This document shows, one piece after another, positions 34,553 to 46,559 of a stretch of 64,000 nucleotides of DNA. The position numbers and the translations under genes were made by a program. The DNA is taken from the NCBI RefSeq assembly GCF_021028975.2, contig NC_059425.1, positions 23,994,001 to 24,058,000 on the forward strand, written 5' to 3'. Origin of the DNA: Sphaerodactylus townsendi. Lineage: Eukaryota. Under the pieces are notes generated by a model that worked only from the letters and a program-made list of their open reading frames with translations, was not told where the DNA came from and searched no databases. Numbering within the stretch: the stretch's first letter is position 1; each line of letters begins with the position of its first letter.

Positions 34553-37500
34553 AGAACTCTTTTTGCGTGTGCCCACAGAGAGGGCTCTGAGTGCCACCTC
34601 TGGCACCCATGCCATAGGTTCGCCACCACTGGTATATATCCTCAGTATATATATATATGCAGCCTTATATCTGGTTTACTGGCCTATCACAGTTCTTTAC
34701 CAATCAATCCCAGAATGACTCTGTGTCAGGTGTTACCTGTCAGTTAGCTGTCAGTTAGATTTTGATGATCAGACAGATGTTACATCAGTGCTCTGACAAT
34801 CTTCATCCAATGCAGGTTAGCAACTGGATTGTGGAAAAAGCTGTACATTCATGGGTTTCTCATCTGAACATTTCTAGGTGTTTGAGTACAACGGTGTCAA
34901 CACGTCCAATCTCCTCAAGGTGCCTGCAGATCAGTTCTACCCCACCTATGATTTGGCCAATTTTACATGGGAAAGCCTTGATGGCAAGATGAACGAGACC
35001 ATGCTGACAGCTACATTTCAGGGTGCTGCCTCAAGCCCCCATGGAGCCTTTGGGAATGGCAGTATATCCTTTGAGGTAAATAGCAGGGCAATTGAGTGTT
35101 TCTTAAGCAGCAGGAAAGAAACTGAGCAGAACAGAGGATGAGAAATGATGGGTTGGTTAGGAGAAGGTGGATGTAGGGGACTGAGAGGCAGAGTATCTGA
35201 AAGGAGAGGAAATATCTGTTCCTATAAGCCTGAAATTATGGGCAGGGCTTGGAGGAATTTCGGAAACTGGAGGGGGCTAGAGTTCCCTGTAGTTGGCCAA
35301 TGAAGCCTTCTTCCTGACTTAGAATCATAGAGTTGGAAGAGACCACAAGGGCCATCAAGTCCAACCCCCTGCAATGCTGGAATACACAATCAGAGCATTC
35401 TTGAGAGATGGCCATCCAGCTTCTGTTCAAAAATCTCCAAAGAAGGAGACTCCACCACACTCCAAGGTAGTGTATTCCACTGTTGAACAGCCCTTTCTAT
35501 CAGGAAGTTCTTCCTAATGTTTAGGTGGAATCTCTTTTTTTCACCTTGAATCCATACCTTGTCTCTATCTCTGGAGCAGCAGAAAACAAACTTGCTCCAT
35601 CTTCAACATCACATCCCTTCAAATATTTAAACATGGCTATCATATCACCTCTTAACCTTCTCTTCACCAAACTAAACATACCCAGCTCCCTAAGACCCTC
35701 CTTGTAGGGCATGGAATGCAGACCTTTTAAGAACATAAGAACAAGCCAGCTGGATCAGACCAGAGTCCATCTAGTCCAGCTCTCTGCTACTCGCAGTGGC
35801 CCACCAGGTGCCTTTGGGAGCTCACATGCAGGATGTGAAAGGAACGGCCTTCTGCGGCTGTTGCTCCCGATCACCTGGTCTGTTAAGGCATTTGCAATCT
35901 CAGATCAAGAGGATCAAGATTGGTAGCCATAAATCGACTTCTCCTCCATAAATCTGTCCAAGCCCCTTTTAAAGCTATTCAGGTTAGTGGCCATCACCAC
36001 CTCCTGTGGCAGCATATTCCAAACACCAATCACACGTTGCGTGAAGAAGTGTTTCCTTTTATTAGTCCTAATTCTTCCCCCCAGCATTTTCAATGAATGC
36101 CCCCTGGTTCTAGTACTGTGAGAAAGAGAGAAAAATTTCTCTCTGTCAACATTTTCTACTCCATGCATAATTTTATAGACTTCAATCATATCCCCCCTCA
36201 GCCGTCTCCTCTCCAAACTAAAAAGTCCCAAACGCTGCAGCCTCTCCTCATAGGGAAGGTGCTCCAGTCCCTCAATCATCCTTGTTGCCCTTCTCTGCAC
36301 TTTTTCTATCTCCTTTTGCCATTTTGGTCACCCTCCTCTGGACCCATTCCATTCCAATATCCTTCTTGAATTGCGTTGTCCAGAACTGGACACAGTAGTG
36401 CAGGTGAGGTCTGACCAATGCAGAATAGAGTGGTACTATTGCATCCCTTGGTCTAGACACTATACTCCTATTGATGTAGCCCAGAATTGCACTGGCTTTC
36501 TTGGCTGCCGCATCACACCGCTGTCTCACGTTCAGGTCTACTCCCAGATCCATTTCACATGTACTGTTGTCAAGTCAGGTGTCACTCATCCTATATGTGT
36601 GCATTTCATTTTTTTCTGCCTAAACGTAGTATCTTACATTTATCTCTGTAGAAATTAATTTTGTTAGTTTTAGCCCAGCTCTCTAAGCTGTCCAGGTCCG
36701 TTTGAATTCTGACCCTGTCCTCTGGGGTATTAGCTACCCCTCCTAATTTGGTGTCATCTGCAAAATTGATTAGCATGCTGTCTATTCCATCATTACCACT
36801 GGATAACTTCTCATCCCTCATCACAGGTAGCAGAAGCAAAGACATAAGTGAGGAACTAACTTGCCAAATTATCTTCCAACATTGATGTAATCCTTCCCAT
36901 CTTCAGGTGACGGCTTATGAAGAGAGCAGTCGTGACACCCAACTCCCCCATCTCCTCCACACAGCCAACTGCTCCAAGGTCAACTTTGTCGTGAATGGGG
37001 TGCCACCACGGGGTAACCACTCCCACTTTGCTCTGGAAATCATCACAGTGGAAGAGGGAGGGGAGCACAAGCGCATGGACTCTATCCGCTCCATTGATGA
37101 TGAGTATACCCCAACAATATTTGAGGTACAGTGTAGGCTTGTTGTTGGAATTCTTTCAATACCAGGGACTCGAGACCTGGGGCACCCTTTTAAACAAGTA
37201 TAATGTGCCTTTAGCCAAAAAATTAGATTTGGCTCCATGCACCTGAGATTATGGAAAGGTGTTTCTGGGGTATGGCAATTGGGGCTAGGCACAGTGATTT
37301 TCAAACAAGCGTCAGCCTTTGTGTAGAACTTAACTATTGGATAAGGAGCTAGCTCAGGGGTCTGCAACCTGCAGCTCTCCAGATGTTCATGGACTACAAT
37401 TCCCATCAGCCCCTGCCAGCATGGGATTTGTAGTCCATGAACATCTGGAGAGCCGCAGGTTGCAGACCCCTGAGTTAGAGCAAAGTTGCCTTCTAACATG

Positions 37501-40500
37501 TTTTTTTGTGATGGGTTAAAGCAGAGTTTGGCTAATAGAATTTCGACAGAATTCTGGGCATGCCAAGTGGTGCAAATGATTTTTTAAAAACATTGAAAGT
37601 TTTTATCCTACTCTCCTCCACAGAACTTGTGATTATGGTTCTCCCTATCCCTGTTTTTATATCCAAATCCAAATCCAAAACCTTTATTAGGCATAAAACC
37701 AGTGCCAAGAATTTCAAATACAATAAAAAGATCATTATTGCTCAACTTTCAGTACACAGAGTAAAAATCTAGCAACAGCTTCTGAGATTTCAACATTAGA
37801 ATTATTTAGAAGCTTAGGCTGTTTTTATATTTGCAACAGTTCTGTGTTGAAGGTTAGGTGGTGAGTGGCCCCTCAATGAACCTTGAGTGGAGATTTCAAT
37901 CTGGGTCTATGTGTGAATTAATTCCTCACATCTTCCTGGGTCATCTTTATGTTGAATATCCGCTGGGTCCTAATGCCTGCTTTCCCCATCCTCCCGATTC
38001 CCTGGGAGTGTTTTAAAACCTTATTTAAGTTCCACTCCAATCAAAATGATTATTATCTGTCCCGGGAAACATAGCACTTTGATAAAATAGCATTTATATT
38101 GTTTTGGACACCTATTATCAAGACTTCCCTTTTTGTAAAGTTTCCCTGCCATTTTCTTTCCCACAGCAGGGGCAGGAAAGAAAATGGAGCACGCAGCTTT
38201 ATAAAAAAAGGATGTCTTAATAACAGGCATCTGGAACAATATAAATGCTAGTTTATCACAGTGCTATGTTTTCCAGTATAGATAATTGATTCAATGGAAG
38301 TGAACTTAAATAAGGTTTTAAAATGCTGTCAGAGAATCGGGCCACTTTACAGTGCTGCCACATGTTGCTCCGACTTCCGCCTGAGCATGCGCGACCTCAC
38401 TTAGTTCTTTTTGTTGAGCAGAGTGTACATAGTCCTATTCCAACAGTCTTAACCACTATACCACACGGCTTTCCTCAGATAAAATTCTAGCCCATTCTGC
38501 CCAGTCACTGATGAGAGATTAACCCATTCACACCTTTAATTGCTTTAGTTAATGTGATGTCTAGGCTATGATTGACTTGCTTTAGAGGCAGTGTGGTGTG
38601 GTGGTTATACTATCAGGCTAGGATCTGGGAGACCCACGTTCAAATCCTGGTTTTGCCATAACATTTGCTTGGCAATGGTGGGCAAGCCACTCGCTCTCAG
38701 ATGAACCTGCACCACTGGGCTGTTGTGATAAAATGGAGGAAGGGTTCAATGCATAAACTGCTCTGAGTTCTTTAAAAGAAAGTTCTGATTTAAAAAATAT
38801 TCTGAGTAAGTTAGTGATATAACATCTGTCCCTGTTGTCACCTGAGAAAAGAACCCGATTAGGTGGTCTGGAAAAAATGTGGTTCCTGCGCTCTTCCTCC
38901 AACTTTCTGTTTTAGTACCCAAGAGGAGACGCAAGAGATGTAGATCAGTGGTTCTCAACCTTCCTAATGCCACGACCCTTTAATACAGTTCCTTATGTTG
39001 TGGTGACCCCCCAATTCTAACATTTATCCATTTTACAGATGGAGAACACTGATGCAGAGAATCTTAGGCGACCCCTGTGAAAGGGTCGTTCGACCCCCAA
39101 AGGGGTCGCGACCCACAGGTTGAGAACCACTGCTGTAGACACTGCTACGATTCATATGTTTGACTCAAATTTTTAGCCTGGATTTGGAATGTCGGCAACT
39201 AGCAAAGCTAACAACTGATTTAAAAAGTTCAAATCCACCAACTTTGTGCTGTGCTAGTCTTCTATCAGGATTGTTCCAAGCTTAAAGAAAATAATCCTGC
39301 AAGTTTTAAACTGACCATAAACAGATGATGGGGTGAGGGGAGTAGTTCTGAAGAAAAAGGCATACCCTGGGTTTAGATATGTGCATTCATTGCAGGAATC
39401 TTCATATTAAAAGAGGCATTTTCTTCTTCTCTTAGAGGAGAGAAGACCTCTTCTGAGTGGGTACTTCTCATTTTCAGCCTTACCATTAGTTTTTAGAAGA
39501 TTTCTTCTATTTGGTTGGTCTAACTGACTGAGGTTGCAGTCAGTGGTGGGATTCAGCCCATTCATACTTGGTAGAACCAGTAGCTACTTTTTTGTCTAGT
39601 TTGGAGAACCAGTTGTAATCCCACCACTGAGTCCCACCACCAGAAGTTCGGAACCGGTTGTTAAATTATTTGAATCCCACCACTGGTTGCAGTCCTTTGC
39701 ATGCAATACTTAGATGCCAATAGGACCTGGACATTTTGAAGTAAAGAAAAAGGTTTGCATGCAAATCTAGTTTTTTTTATGTAGGGAAGCATTAAAGGTG
39801 CCATGAAGCACCGTTGTCCTCTCTGGGCTCTTTTCCCCAATTCCCAGAATTCTTTGCAGTGTCCAGGCTTCCATTGAAAGAGCTTTTCAGCTGAAAACAT
39901 AACGCAAGGATTTTCTAAAGAAAGAAATCTTTCAGAAAAATCACTGGCCTTGGAGAGATTGTTGTTGAAAGAGTTACATAGCGGCCACCCATATTTCTTC
40001 TGTCCAATTTGATAGCTGCCCCCTTTCTCACCTCACTCTCCAACAGATGGCGCAACTGGTTTCTGTGCCCCACAATCACAGCACCATGACCAGTTTCCTC
40101 CAATGGAAGACGACAGCATACAGGTCCCAGCATGCTGAGCGGGCGGACAGCATCCATTGCCAGTATTACCAGTTGCAGACAAACTGCATCGTTCCCAGGT
40201 CTAGCATAGCCCATGCCTACTTTCTGGAGGACCTTGAGAGTCACTATGGTGTAGCTGCCATCAATATTTCCTTTGGCAGTGAGGACAGCAAAGCCTATGA
40301 AGAGGGACGCTACTTGAGCTGGTGAGAGGTTATCTTTGAATTGCTGGGTGGTGTTTTTTGTGTGTGTATATGACATCTTAAAAAGCACCTGCTGGGATCC
40401 AGAACTACGGCATGAGTGGTTCAGATCTCACGGAAGGTCATACGCAACCGCTCAGGGGAAGCAGTCAGCAATAGACATTAACAGAAAGTTCAGCTTCTGT

Positions 40501-41264
40501 TAAGGAAGTATAAGATTTTGAGTTTCGTTTATATGTTTAAGGTGGAGAGAGAAAGTTCATGCTAGGCCTAAGTGTGTTTATGACAGTAAATAGAGTCAAA
40601 AAGGCCCTAACTTGATGTGTATTATAATCAACACTATCAATCTACTTGGTATTCTAGAGCAGGGCTTTCCAACTTTCTCAAGCCTGCAGGCACATTTGAA
40701 ATCCTGACATGGCGTGGTGGGCACTGCAACAACATGGGTACTGCAGGAGGCACAGGGAGCCACAAAATGATTACCACAGAGTAACTTCAGTGGCAAAGTG
40801 TAGATCCTTCTGCTGAGGTGGCAACAGCAGTGAAAGCAACATCTGTGCAGCCAATCAGAAGCCTTGCTGGGCTAAAGCTCTACTTGGCACCATGCACTTT
40901 CTAAACACACCTGATAGGTGCAAAAATGGGTGCTGGCAGACACTGAGTTAGGGAGCCCTGTTCTAAATAGTTGCATCTTGGCAATGGGGGAGACTTTGGG
41001 GAGGGAAGGGAGCAACAGCTACAAATGGATCATCACTAATTAAGGTTTCTCCTCTCACTCTCCCCTCTCTCCCCCAACACTGCCATCCCTTGTAGGTCTG
41101 CCCTGATTGGATTTGGTGAACCACCAAAGGACACTTTTTCCACCTTGGTGATTGCCATCCTTGCTGTGGGACTGGGGACTCCAGTGGTGCTGCTGGTTGC
41201 AGGGAGCATCACTGCATTAGTTACACGAAGGAAACGGTATTCTGAATATGAACCAATCAACTGA
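25739..41264 (+). CDS. GLMP: Glycosylated lysosomal membrane protein (NCU-G1/C1orf85), 6 exons, 401 aa
   Basis: Exons 25739-25825, 31516-31773, 34878-35075, 36907-37125, 40047-40321, 41096-41264 (1206 nt, open); signal peptide, many NxS/T sites, SIDDEYTP motif, C-terminal TM helix and YEPI sorting motif. Confidence 0.96.
28235..28383 (+). mobile_element. Sauria-SINE-like 3' fragment
   Basis: GGGGAAGGCAATGG...ACAGGGGGCTACCTTTACC tail. Confidence 0.6.
28751..29271. mobile_element. hAT non-autonomous element inserted in a CR1 3' fragment
   Basis: TIR CAG(A/T)GGTGGGATCC; TSD GATCTATC (28743-28750, 29272-29279). Confidence 0.85.
30215..30640 (-). mobile_element. L2 LINE 3' fragment
   Basis: Minus ORF 30434-30775 ends RAFSIVAPTLWDALP, like the L2 ORF2 end; (TAAA)-type tail. 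Confidence 0.65.
31516..31773 (+). CDS. GLMP: GLMP exon 2
   Basis: VSMEYNPG...NLLHVWAVGHNDTIHYVWS...STAVIFAK. Confidence 0.95.
32138..32449. mobile_element. Degraded DNA transposon with internal ~30-bp imperfect repeats
   Basis: TIR-like CAGGGGCATA / TACGCCTCTG; repeats CCAGGCAGTAGACCTGG. Confidence 0.45.
32481..32559. mobile_element. Right half of palindromic hAT MITE
   Basis: GGCCAATTGGCC...GGTTCGCCACCACTG; TCTTAGGG on both sides. Confidence 0.8.
34102..34631 (+). mobile_element. hAT non-autonomous element (TIR CAGTGATGGCGAACCT)
   Basis: TSD GTATATAT; internal (TG)n; second copy at 44430-44938. Confidence 0.92.
34878..35075 (+). CDS. GLMP: GLMP exon 3
   Basis: VFEYNGVN...YPTYDLANFTW...NGSISFE. 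Confidence 0.95.
35318..36800 (-). mobile_element. Older CR1 LINE fragment interrupted by a younger CR1
   Basis: ORF fragments LINFADDTKLGG, LVRPHLHYCVQFW, LRELGMFSL; (ATTCTA)-type tail at 35318. Confidence 0.88.
35729..36311 (-). mobile_element. Young CR1 LINE 3' end (nested)
   Basis: Very similar to 13371-13950; TSD CCTTTT (35723-35728, 36312-36317). Confidence 0.92.
36907..37125 (+). CDS. GLMP: GLMP exon 4
   Basis: VTAYEESSRD...LLHTAN...PRGNHSHFALE...SIDDEYTPTIFE. Confidence 0.96.
37355..37472. mobile_element. Palindromic hAT MITE (TIR CAGGGGTCTGCAACCTGC)
   Basis: Shares its core with 15462-15609; central deletion. Confidence 0.88.
38946..39132 (+). mobile_element. SPIN (URR1-like) hAT MITE
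   Basis: CAGTGGTTCTCAACCTTCCTAATGCC...GGCGACCCCTGTGAAAGGGTCGTTCGACCCCCAAAGGGGTCGCGACCCACAGGTTGAGAACCACTG; TSD ATGTAGAT/CTGTAGAC. Confidence 0.9.
39541..39685. mobile_element. hAT MITE (TIR CAGTGGTGGGATTC)
   Basis: TSD GTTGCAGT; extra internal TIR copies at ~39617-39641. Confidence 0.88.
40047..40321 (+). CDS. GLMP: GLMP exon 5
   Basis: MAQLVSV...FLQWKTTAY...AINISFG...RYLSW. Confidence 0.95.
40660..40960. mobile_element. Old hAT (Charlie-like) MITE
   Basis: CAGGGCTTTCC / GGGAGCCCTG ends; TSD TTCTAGAG/TTCTAAAT. Confidence 0.65.
41096..41264 (+). CDS. GLMP: GLMP exon 6 (TM and cytosolic tail)
   Basis: SALIGFGEPPKDTFSTLVIAILAVGLGTPVVLLVAGSITALVTRRKRYSEYEPIN*. Confidence 0.96.
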
Positions 41265-43143
41265 TCATTGCGAAACCAGAGGCCGACAGTTTGTCCCGGA
41301 CTGTGAGACCAAACTAACCTCAGACTCTTTTCTGGTGTTTGTTCCAAAGGGAAGCTGCTATTGGGGCGAGTTATTTACTACAGGGTTGCCTCATGGTGGC
41401 ATCACTGATCTCAGAAGAGAGACTTTTCATATGCTTTGGTACCCTTAACAAGACTTATGGCGCTATTTCGGGGTGGGGATGGGAGTTACTTTCATGTCCA
41501 GACATGCGGCTTGTTGTGAACTGAGGAAAAGAGCATATTTAACAGTTCAGCTACTTCGGACAACCATTTCTTTACAATGTTTGCTTCTAGTGCTCAAGCA
41601 ATACTTGAAAATGATGCACCACTTAATGTGTTCCTTTGGGATACACAGGGCACTGTTTTCAGTTTGTGCGTGACTTCGGTTCTACGTTCAGTGTGTCCAA
41701 AACAGTTCTGTGGTTTGTTTTTTTGTCTTGGGTGTGTTTTAAATTAGGTATGCTGGACAGGTTGAATTTACTTTCCTGTCTCCAGATATCTCAAGAAATT
41801 TTGGGGCTGAGGAAAGCTGGATTTTATGGGGCTCTGTTCCCAGTTTGCACAGACATTCAGTTAAAAATGTTTACTTTTTTTTTTGGCCTGTTCAAGGAAA
41901 TTTTTACCCTAAAAGCAGGCTGGTGGATTTTTTTCAATTTTATTTATTTTATTTTATTAAATTTGATACCACTCCCTACCCCAACCAAGGGGTATTTTCT
42001 ATTCTCAAAAGCTGGCTTGGAAATGATTCCTTTCTTTAGATTTCAGCTGTATTTTCAATCAACATTAGACCTCTCCTTTACCGGCTCCCCCTCAAAAAAA
42101 TGTTCCCTTATGTCTTTAAAAGAAAATTTTGTCTTAATGCAGGGAGGATATTCATGCAAAACTGCTAATATTGTTGATTCTTCTGCTGTAAAATGCTTCA
42201 TTTGGCTGACTACCAGCATCTCCAAATGAGGCTCCCGTGAAGCTCTTCTCCTTTGAAGATGGAGGCATGGCAGCAGTTTCCGTAGATATAAATGACTTTT
42301 TAAAGCAATGTTTTAATTCTTTTTTTTTCAGTGGTATTACTGTCAAAATTGCTGGAACCTTGGTCAGGGAATGGAAACTAGCTTTTTAATTTTTTTGGTA
42401 TTTTTAATAGAAAAAGGCTTACTGTATCACAGTAGTTTTGTTTACAGGCTGCTGCCTTCTAAAGACAGACAAAATTGCACTATAAAGTTACACATCTTTT
42501 TTTTCTCGTAGAGGTTAGTTTCCTCTGCCCCACAAAATATACTGGTTTATTAATGCCCTTCACTCTGAGCAAAAAGGCTGGTTTGTTCCATTTGGCCTTC
42601 CTAGTTGTCTCCTGAGCTGGTAGAGGGCTGAATTGGGGCTTGTGCTAAGGTCAGGTAAAACCTTTCAGCCTTGGTGGGAGTCGAGTAATTCCTAGTTTGT
42701 TGTTGGTGTTGGCCATTTTGTTTTACTCCCAGAGGGATACTTCTCAGCATTGACGAGCTGTGATGTAGGACCTGTGATACTTGTGCCAGATGCCTGCACA
42801 TGGGCATGTTTCATGGATCCTGACCCATTAGAAGACTTCCCAGCCATTTTGGTTCTTAGCTTTGTCCTTGGTGGAACAGCATGTTCTTCACTAGCCCTGC
42901 TTCTCAGCCTTAGTGTATCTGAGGCCAGAAGGTACCTGATTACATGAAGTCTTCCATTGAGATGTGGACTTAAACTGAACAGGTGTAACTTGCGGGGAGG
43001 GGGGGCTTTCAGGATGAGTGAATTTGTGGTTTCTGCTCTGCACAGCATTGAAATGTCATCAAACCAGTGCTTTTATTTTCTGTGGTTTTTGGAAGGGGGA
43101 GGCTCGGGTTATGTTTGTCTCCCGTTTTATCTGTCTTGGACCA

Positions 43144-43149
43144 ATTAAA
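43144..43149 (+). terminator. GLMP: Probable GLMP polyadenylation signal
   Basis: ATTAAA followed by a T/GT-rich tract after ~1.9 kb of TE-poor 3'UTR. Confidence 0.45.
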
Positions 43150-43213
43150 GAAGTTTATTATTTTTTTTCATACTGTTTTCCTTCAGTTGCTGTGTGCTGG
43201 AGTTTAGTTAATG

Positions 43214-43399
43214 CAGCGGTTCTCAACCTGGGGGTAGGGACCCCTTTGGGGATCGAACGATCCTTTCACAGGGGTCGCCTAAGACTCTCTGCATCAGTGT
43301 TCTCCATCTGTAAAATGGATAAATGTTAGGATTGGGGGTCACCACAACATGAGAAACTGTTTTAAAGGCTCACGGCATTAGGAAGGTTGAGAACCACTG
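43214..43399 (-). mobile_element. SPIN (URR1-like) hAT MITE
   Basis: Reverse complement of 38946-39132; perfect TSD AGTTAATG. Confidence 0.9.
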
Positions 43400-43419
43400 A
43401 GTTAATGGAAGTGAAATGT

Positions 43420-43705
43420 GCTGTGGGAAAGCTTAGGCTCTATGAGAAATTGTGTAAAGAGAGAACGATTTGGATATATCTCCCTAGAAGTGAAATTGAC
43501 TAAACTGAAATTATCATATTTTGGCCACATTATGAGAAGACAGGATCATATTGGGAAAAGTTAAAGGAAATGGGAAAAGAGGAATGCCCAGTATAAGATG
43601 GGTTGACTCAATGAAGGAAGCCACGGTCCTCAGTTTGCAAGACCTGAGTAAGTAATAGAAGCTTTTGAGGTCATTCATGCATAGACTTGACAGGCTTAAC
43701 TGAAC
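43420..43705 (+). mobile_element. RTE/Bov-B-like LINE 3' fragment
   Basis: Encodes KLKLSYFGHIMRR...KRGMPSIRWVDS, the RTE ORF C-terminal motif. Confidence 0.7.
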
Positions 43706-43762
43706 CTTCCTCCAGAATTGATTCATTCTCATCACTACTGCCCCGTTTCTGTCACTCTTTTC

Positions 43763-44058
43763 AGCAGCTGGTGGTGTGCTTAAGAGCAGGTGTATTCTAA
43801 TCTGGAGAACCAGATTTGATTCCCCACTCCTCCACCTGAGTGGCAGAGGCTTATCTGGTGAACCAGATGTGTTTCCACACTCCTACATTCCCTCCTGGGT
43901 GACCTTGGGCTAGTCACAGTTCTGTCTGAACTCTCTCAGTCCCACCCACCTCACAAGGTGTCTGTTGTGGGAAGAGGAAGGGAAAGGAGCTTGTAAGCCA
44001 CCTTGAGTCTCCTTGCAGGAGAGAAAGGGGGGATATAAATCCAAACTCTTCTTCTTCT
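43763..44058 (+). mobile_element. Squam3-type SINE
   Basis: Similar to 731-1024; (CTT)n tail. Confidence 0.87.
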
Positions 44059-44429
44059 AATAGGTAGACTGCCTTTGAACATAAACGTTCCATACAGGCA
44101 CCAGGGATGATAGCTAACCATATAAGTTTGTCAAGTCCTTTTTTTACCCATAGAAGTCAGTCTTCTGATGGCAAATTCTTTAAGACAGTTATGCTTACTA
44201 TTTAGTACTTCTGTCGTCTGTCCTGACCCTATTGTCCATCAATTGCAATGGGTCTACCATAAGAAGAGAAAACATTCTCTCTCATTTCCTTCTTACCATT
44301 TTTGTTTTCATAAAACTCTTTCATGGCCCTGCTCTTCAGCTAGTTGTACACCTTGGCCTCTCTGCTGCATTTGCAGGAAATTGCAGGCTACATACAGTTC
44401 TGAGAAAAGGTATCCACTATGTCATATGT

Positions 44430-44938
44430 CAGTGGTGGCAAACCTTTGGCACGGGTGCCAGAGGTTGCACTCAGAGCCCTCTCTTTGGGCACGCACAAAC
44501 AGAGTGCCCCCCCCCCCATCTAGGCTGGCCTGGGCCACTGGGCTTGATTATTAGCATTAAACCTAAGACCTCGTTTTGGGGAAGCAGTGTACGTAACCCT
44601 GTTAAGCGCTGTTAAACCCCATTGATTTTCATGCAAAGAACTAAAGCGCAATCCTTTACCTGGGAGCAAGCTTGATTGCTGGCAACGGGGCTTGATTCTG
44701 AGTAAACCCTCCTAGGGTCGTGATTCACCCATTGGAAGAGTTGCATGGTTGCTTCAAAGCAAAGCCACCGACTACCACCAAGCTTACTCCCGAGTAATGC
44801 ATGCCTTAGAGCCAACCGTTTTTTCTAAACTAAACCCCCAGTATTCAGGTTAAATTGCCATATTGGCACTTTGCGATAAATAAGTGGGTCCTGGGTTCCC
44901 ATTTGGGCACTTGGTCTCAAAAAGGTTCGCCATCACTG
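44430..44938 (-). mobile_element. hAT non-autonomous element, copy of the 34102 family
   Basis: TSD TCATATGT on both sides; TIRs intact. Confidence 0.92.
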
Positions 44939-45619
44939 TCATATGTGTTGGGCATGCCTTTAGTTAAAAATTCTTACCAACAGGGCTCCACACTGTACCC
45001 TTTTCTGTAGCAACCTTGGCTGTCATTTGGGGAAATAAAAATGCAGGAGAACGAGACAGAAACTTCCTGATCTGGTGGCAGAATTGCAGGCTCTTGCTGC
45101 CTTAGATGTTTGCTAATTGGTGAAACTGTTTCAGACCTATCAGGAAGGTGTTACTTTCTGGTTTTGCAAGAATGTAGGAAGTGGGAGAGCTTAAAGGTGT
45201 GTCACACAGGAAGGCTGTGCTAGGAGAAAACTGCAGTTGAAAATGTGAAAAAAAGCGGGGAGGGTGGATTTGTGTTGTCTTTCCCACATCAGAGGGCAAG
45301 TTACTTTCCTTGAAGGGAAGCATATGCAAGGGAAGCAATCTAAAAAGAAAAAGCAACTGCCTGTCTTACAGTGGCTTGGTTTATGCTATCTTCAGCCTGT
45401 TTTATGTTGCTTGGTAATGGTGCCTTTGTTCCAGCAGGCCCAACTAGACATCATAGGGGATATTCTTGCAGGATGCAAAGGTGGGGAGGTGGGGCAATAC
45501 TTTTTTTTATTGAAAACAGAGCCTGTGGGGGAGAATAGCAAAGCCCCTCCCCCTTGCCCTACCTAAATTGGAATGCTGGAGCTAAGGGGCAGAATTTTAC
45601 TGTCTAGTTCAAAGCAGCC

Positions 45620-45756
45620 TTTATTTTAACAAACCACCCCAATCACAGATACACAGGCAGACAAACCTACTTCTATATTATCTTTATTCCACCCTTCATT
45701 TGCTTCTTAACTTAAATTGACTGACAATCAAGAATAACACAGATTATATTTTTATT
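45620..45756 (-). terminator. TMEM79: Cluster of three AATAAA signals, probable TMEM79 3' end
   Basis: TTTATT on + at 45620, 45683 and 45751. Confidence 0.5.
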
Positions 45757-46261
45757 ATTTTCAGCCAGAATTGAATCTCAAAGCAGTACACACAATTTAA
45801 ATATATATACACACACACGACAGTAAAACTCAGTACAAATGTTCTTGGACAAGGGACAGAAAGGTGCCTGTCTATGGGTTACTCTTTCTCTCTGATGCCT
45901 TCTGTCTGGGGGTGGGGGGAGCTGCAGCTGAAACTAGCCAGCATACAAGGCTGTCTGGCTACCAGAATGTGCTCCCCTTCCAGTCTGAAACAGAGGAAAA
46001 GAACCCATCCTTCCATGGGAAAACTCTCCCCTCAGGAAATGTAGACTCAAAAGGAACTATAGGACAAAGGACAATACTCTTGTCAAAAATGCAACCCGAA
46101 GTGGCAATCTAATGCTACTATGTCTTTGTAGGCAGACAACTGTGCTTATCCCCATTATTTTAGGTAGCAAGACAGGTGCTTTTTTTGGAGCAGCAAGCTA
46201 TCCTTCGCTCACTGAGCTCATTCTGCAAAAAGTTATCTGAAGTACAAGCAAGCCAATACAT

Positions 46262-46559
46262 CAGTGTTTCCCAACTTTTTCAACATCACGGTACCCTTGA
46301 CCTCACTCTTCATATCTCACGGTACCCCTGCCATCCCCCCACCTTCCCCTCCCAGGGTGAAGGGAAGCACTGGGGTGGTGGTGCGGGAATTGGCTGCTGA
46401 CCTTTCGGCAGGCCTTGCCTCCTGGGCTAGCTCCATGTCCTTGCTAGCGCCAGTGGGAGACACCACAAAAGTGAGGGGGGCCGGTAGTGTTGCCGCGGTA
46501 CCCCTGGGACATGCTCACAGCACCCCAAGGTACCACGGAACCCTGGTTGGGAATCGCTG
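46262..46559. mobile_element. hAT (Charlie-like) MITE
   Basis: TIR CAGTGTTTCCCAAC / GTTGGGAATCGCTG; TSD CAATACAT/CAATACGT. Confidence 0.85.

Noticed and set aside
41636-42229. 197-aa hydrophobic ORF after the GLMP stop
   Set aside because: T-rich 3'UTR composition explains it; no ATG start or domain
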